Source: Methanomassiliicoccales archaeon (lineage in GTDB: Archaea; Thermoplasmatota; Thermoplasmata; Methanomassiliicoccales; JAAEEP01). Taken from it: a DNA stretch of 64,000 bases. The notes beneath the pieces were generated by a model, which saw only the letters and a list, made by a program, of their open reading frames with translations, was not told where the DNA came from and did no database searches. Of this stretch, positions 62,984-64,000 are shown piece by piece. Location of the stretch: the NCBI GenBank assembly GCA_046540255.1, contig JBKHFJ010000009.1:2149-66148 (forward strand). The letters are read 5' to 3'. Both the position numbers and the translations under genes were made by a program. Within the stretch, counting starts at the first letter, position 1; each line of letters opens with the position of its first letter.

Positions 62984-64000
62984 TCACATCAGCAGGTCCA
63001 TGCCTTCGCAGGCCATTAGCGATACTATCGTGAACAGGGTCACTGAGAGGGGTGCACGGGTCCCGAATTCGTAGCCGATCCGCCGCCAATCACCGTCACT
63101 GGATATGGAGCAGGTGAAGTAGGTGACAACGAGGCAGAGCAGGGCCAGGTAGACACCCACCATGACGATCAACTCCCCACCTAGACCCGAGAACAGGGAG
63201 GTCTGACCCCCGATCAGTTCCAGCAGGCTGCTGGTTATCCCCAACACCAGGGGGGCGAACACGAAGGCGGTGGACCTCATCATCTCCACCACCCCCCTCA
63301 GTCCGTCCTTCAAATGCTCATCGCTCCTCCTGATGTTGTCGATATTCCTGGCCAAGTTCATCGCCACCTTCCCGGCCATCTGCGTGTCCCTCTCGGAGCA
63401 CTGGGCAACGGTCACCATGGCCGCCTCTAGAAGTGGGGAGCCGACCGGATAGTGTTCCCGTTGACCGAAGATGGTCTCCAGGCCCTCCCTGCCCACCTTA
63501 TGCCTGTACAGTACGCGCTGGGCGAACCTGGAGAAGTGTCCCCTCTCTCCAGATCCCTTCTCCAGAGCCCCCTCCAAGGAGTGGCCGGTGAGCATGGAGT
63601 TCCCGATCTGGAACAGGGCCCTGGCGAAGTCCCTTTCCACCTCTTCCCTGCCCGGTCTCCCCCGCTCCGGTCTGAGTGAGGTGGCCAGGAGGGCCGATGG
63701 AGGGATCACCAGGGCCAGAACTAGCAGGTAGGGGGAGAGGGGGGATCCGGTGGGAATAAGGGAGAGGGCAACCGCCAGTGGCCAGGCGGCCAGCAGGTAG
63801 AGCCAGCGCCTGTCGAGTTCGATAGGAAAGGACGCGGCACCCCCCAGGGGATTCCTGGCGACGATCGATCGGGCGTAGAGGAGGGAGGCGAGAGGGAAGA
63901 CCACCAGCAACAGTGGGGTAAGCAACCACGGATCCAGTGAGGTCCCGGAGGAACCGGTTGAATGGGGGGATATGCTCCCCAATGCCAGCAGGGGCATCAG
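62984..64000 (-). CDS. Type II secretion system F-like / archaeal FlaJ-TadC-like polytopic membrane protein; may continue past the right edge
   Basis: TM helices flank a cytoplasmic helical domain (DFARALFQIGNSMLTGHSLEGALEK...MVTVAQCSERDTQMAGKVAMNLARNI). The frame is still open at 64000. Confidence 0.6.
   Translation of the reverse strand: MMPLLALGSISPHSTGSSGTSLDPWLLTPLLLVVFPLASLLYARSIVARNPLGGAASFPIELDRRWLYLLAAWPLAVALSLIPTGSPLSPYLLVLALVIPPSALLATSLRPERGRPGREEVERDFARALFQIGNSMLTGHSLEGALEKGSGERGHFSRFAQRVLYRHKVGREGLETIFGQREHYPVGSPLLEAAMVTVAQCSERDTQMAGKVAMNLARNIDNIRRSDEHLKDGLRGVVEMMRSTAFVFAPLVLGITSSLLELIGGQTSLFSGLGGELIVMVGVYLALLCLVVTYFTCSISSDGDWRRIGYEFGTRAPLSVTLFTIVSLMACEGMDLLM

Noticed and set aside
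1-64000. CRISPR arrays, transposases, integrases, toxin-antitoxin pairs, or obvious prophage or defence islands.
   Set aside because: By eye I noticed no regularly spaced direct repeats and no ORF with transposase, integrase or Cas motifs. A repeat-finder and an HMM scan would be needed for certainty.

Overview
Visibly GC-rich, gene-dense chromosomal segment of an archaeon. Archaeal-only markers: Rpo7/Spt4, S24e/S27ae, FEN-1, RFC large subunit, Taw1, aCPSF1, proteasome beta, archaeal-type SAM synthetase, bulge-helix-bulge tRNA introns. TATA-like boxes sit about 25-30 nt upstream of many start codons, suggesting leaderless mRNAs. Gene content looks like Thermoplasmatota or methanogen-related Euryarchaeota, but the lineage cannot be fixed from this window. 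I support about 65 protein genes on both strands and one tRNA. I saw no rRNA, CRISPR array, transposase or integrase. The GC richness produces many long Arg/Gly/Pro-rich shadow ORFs in the six-frame track, which I ignored. Core content: the rpo7-spt4-DPCK(DUF359)-rps24e-rps27ae operon, H+-pyrophosphatase, IleRS, FEN-1, Rpe, RNase Z, SAM synthetase, ADP-forming acetyl-CoA synthetase, class II photolyase, HisD, TrpB2, RFC-L, Taw1, aCPSF1 and PsmB. There is also an iron/redox group: peroxiredoxin, ferritin, CDF-NifX fusion, VIT1, NfeD/stomatin. Most interesting observations: (1) an operon coding two secreted DUF4430 (transcobalamin-like) proteins, one fused to a PQQ-type beta-propeller and a PKD domain, plus a dedicated ECF transporter, which could be a surface cofactor/corrinoid capture-and-import system; (2) IleRS with a roughly 310-aa C-terminal HhH/Zn-ribbon/DUF835-like extension; (3) a tRNA-Arg(CCG) with two perfect BHB introns, at 37/38 and 59/60; (4) an AcnX small subunit fused to a Nudix domain; (5) an adjacent Ku and ATP-dependent ligase (NHEJ) pair, each broken by one frameshift, plus two further disrupted surface-protein genes; (6) SAM synthetase flanked by an HTH-CBS regulator and a wHTH protein, with a 14-bp palindrome in its leader. 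All calls come from reading the sequence and the supplied translations by eye. No database search, HMM or folding program was run.
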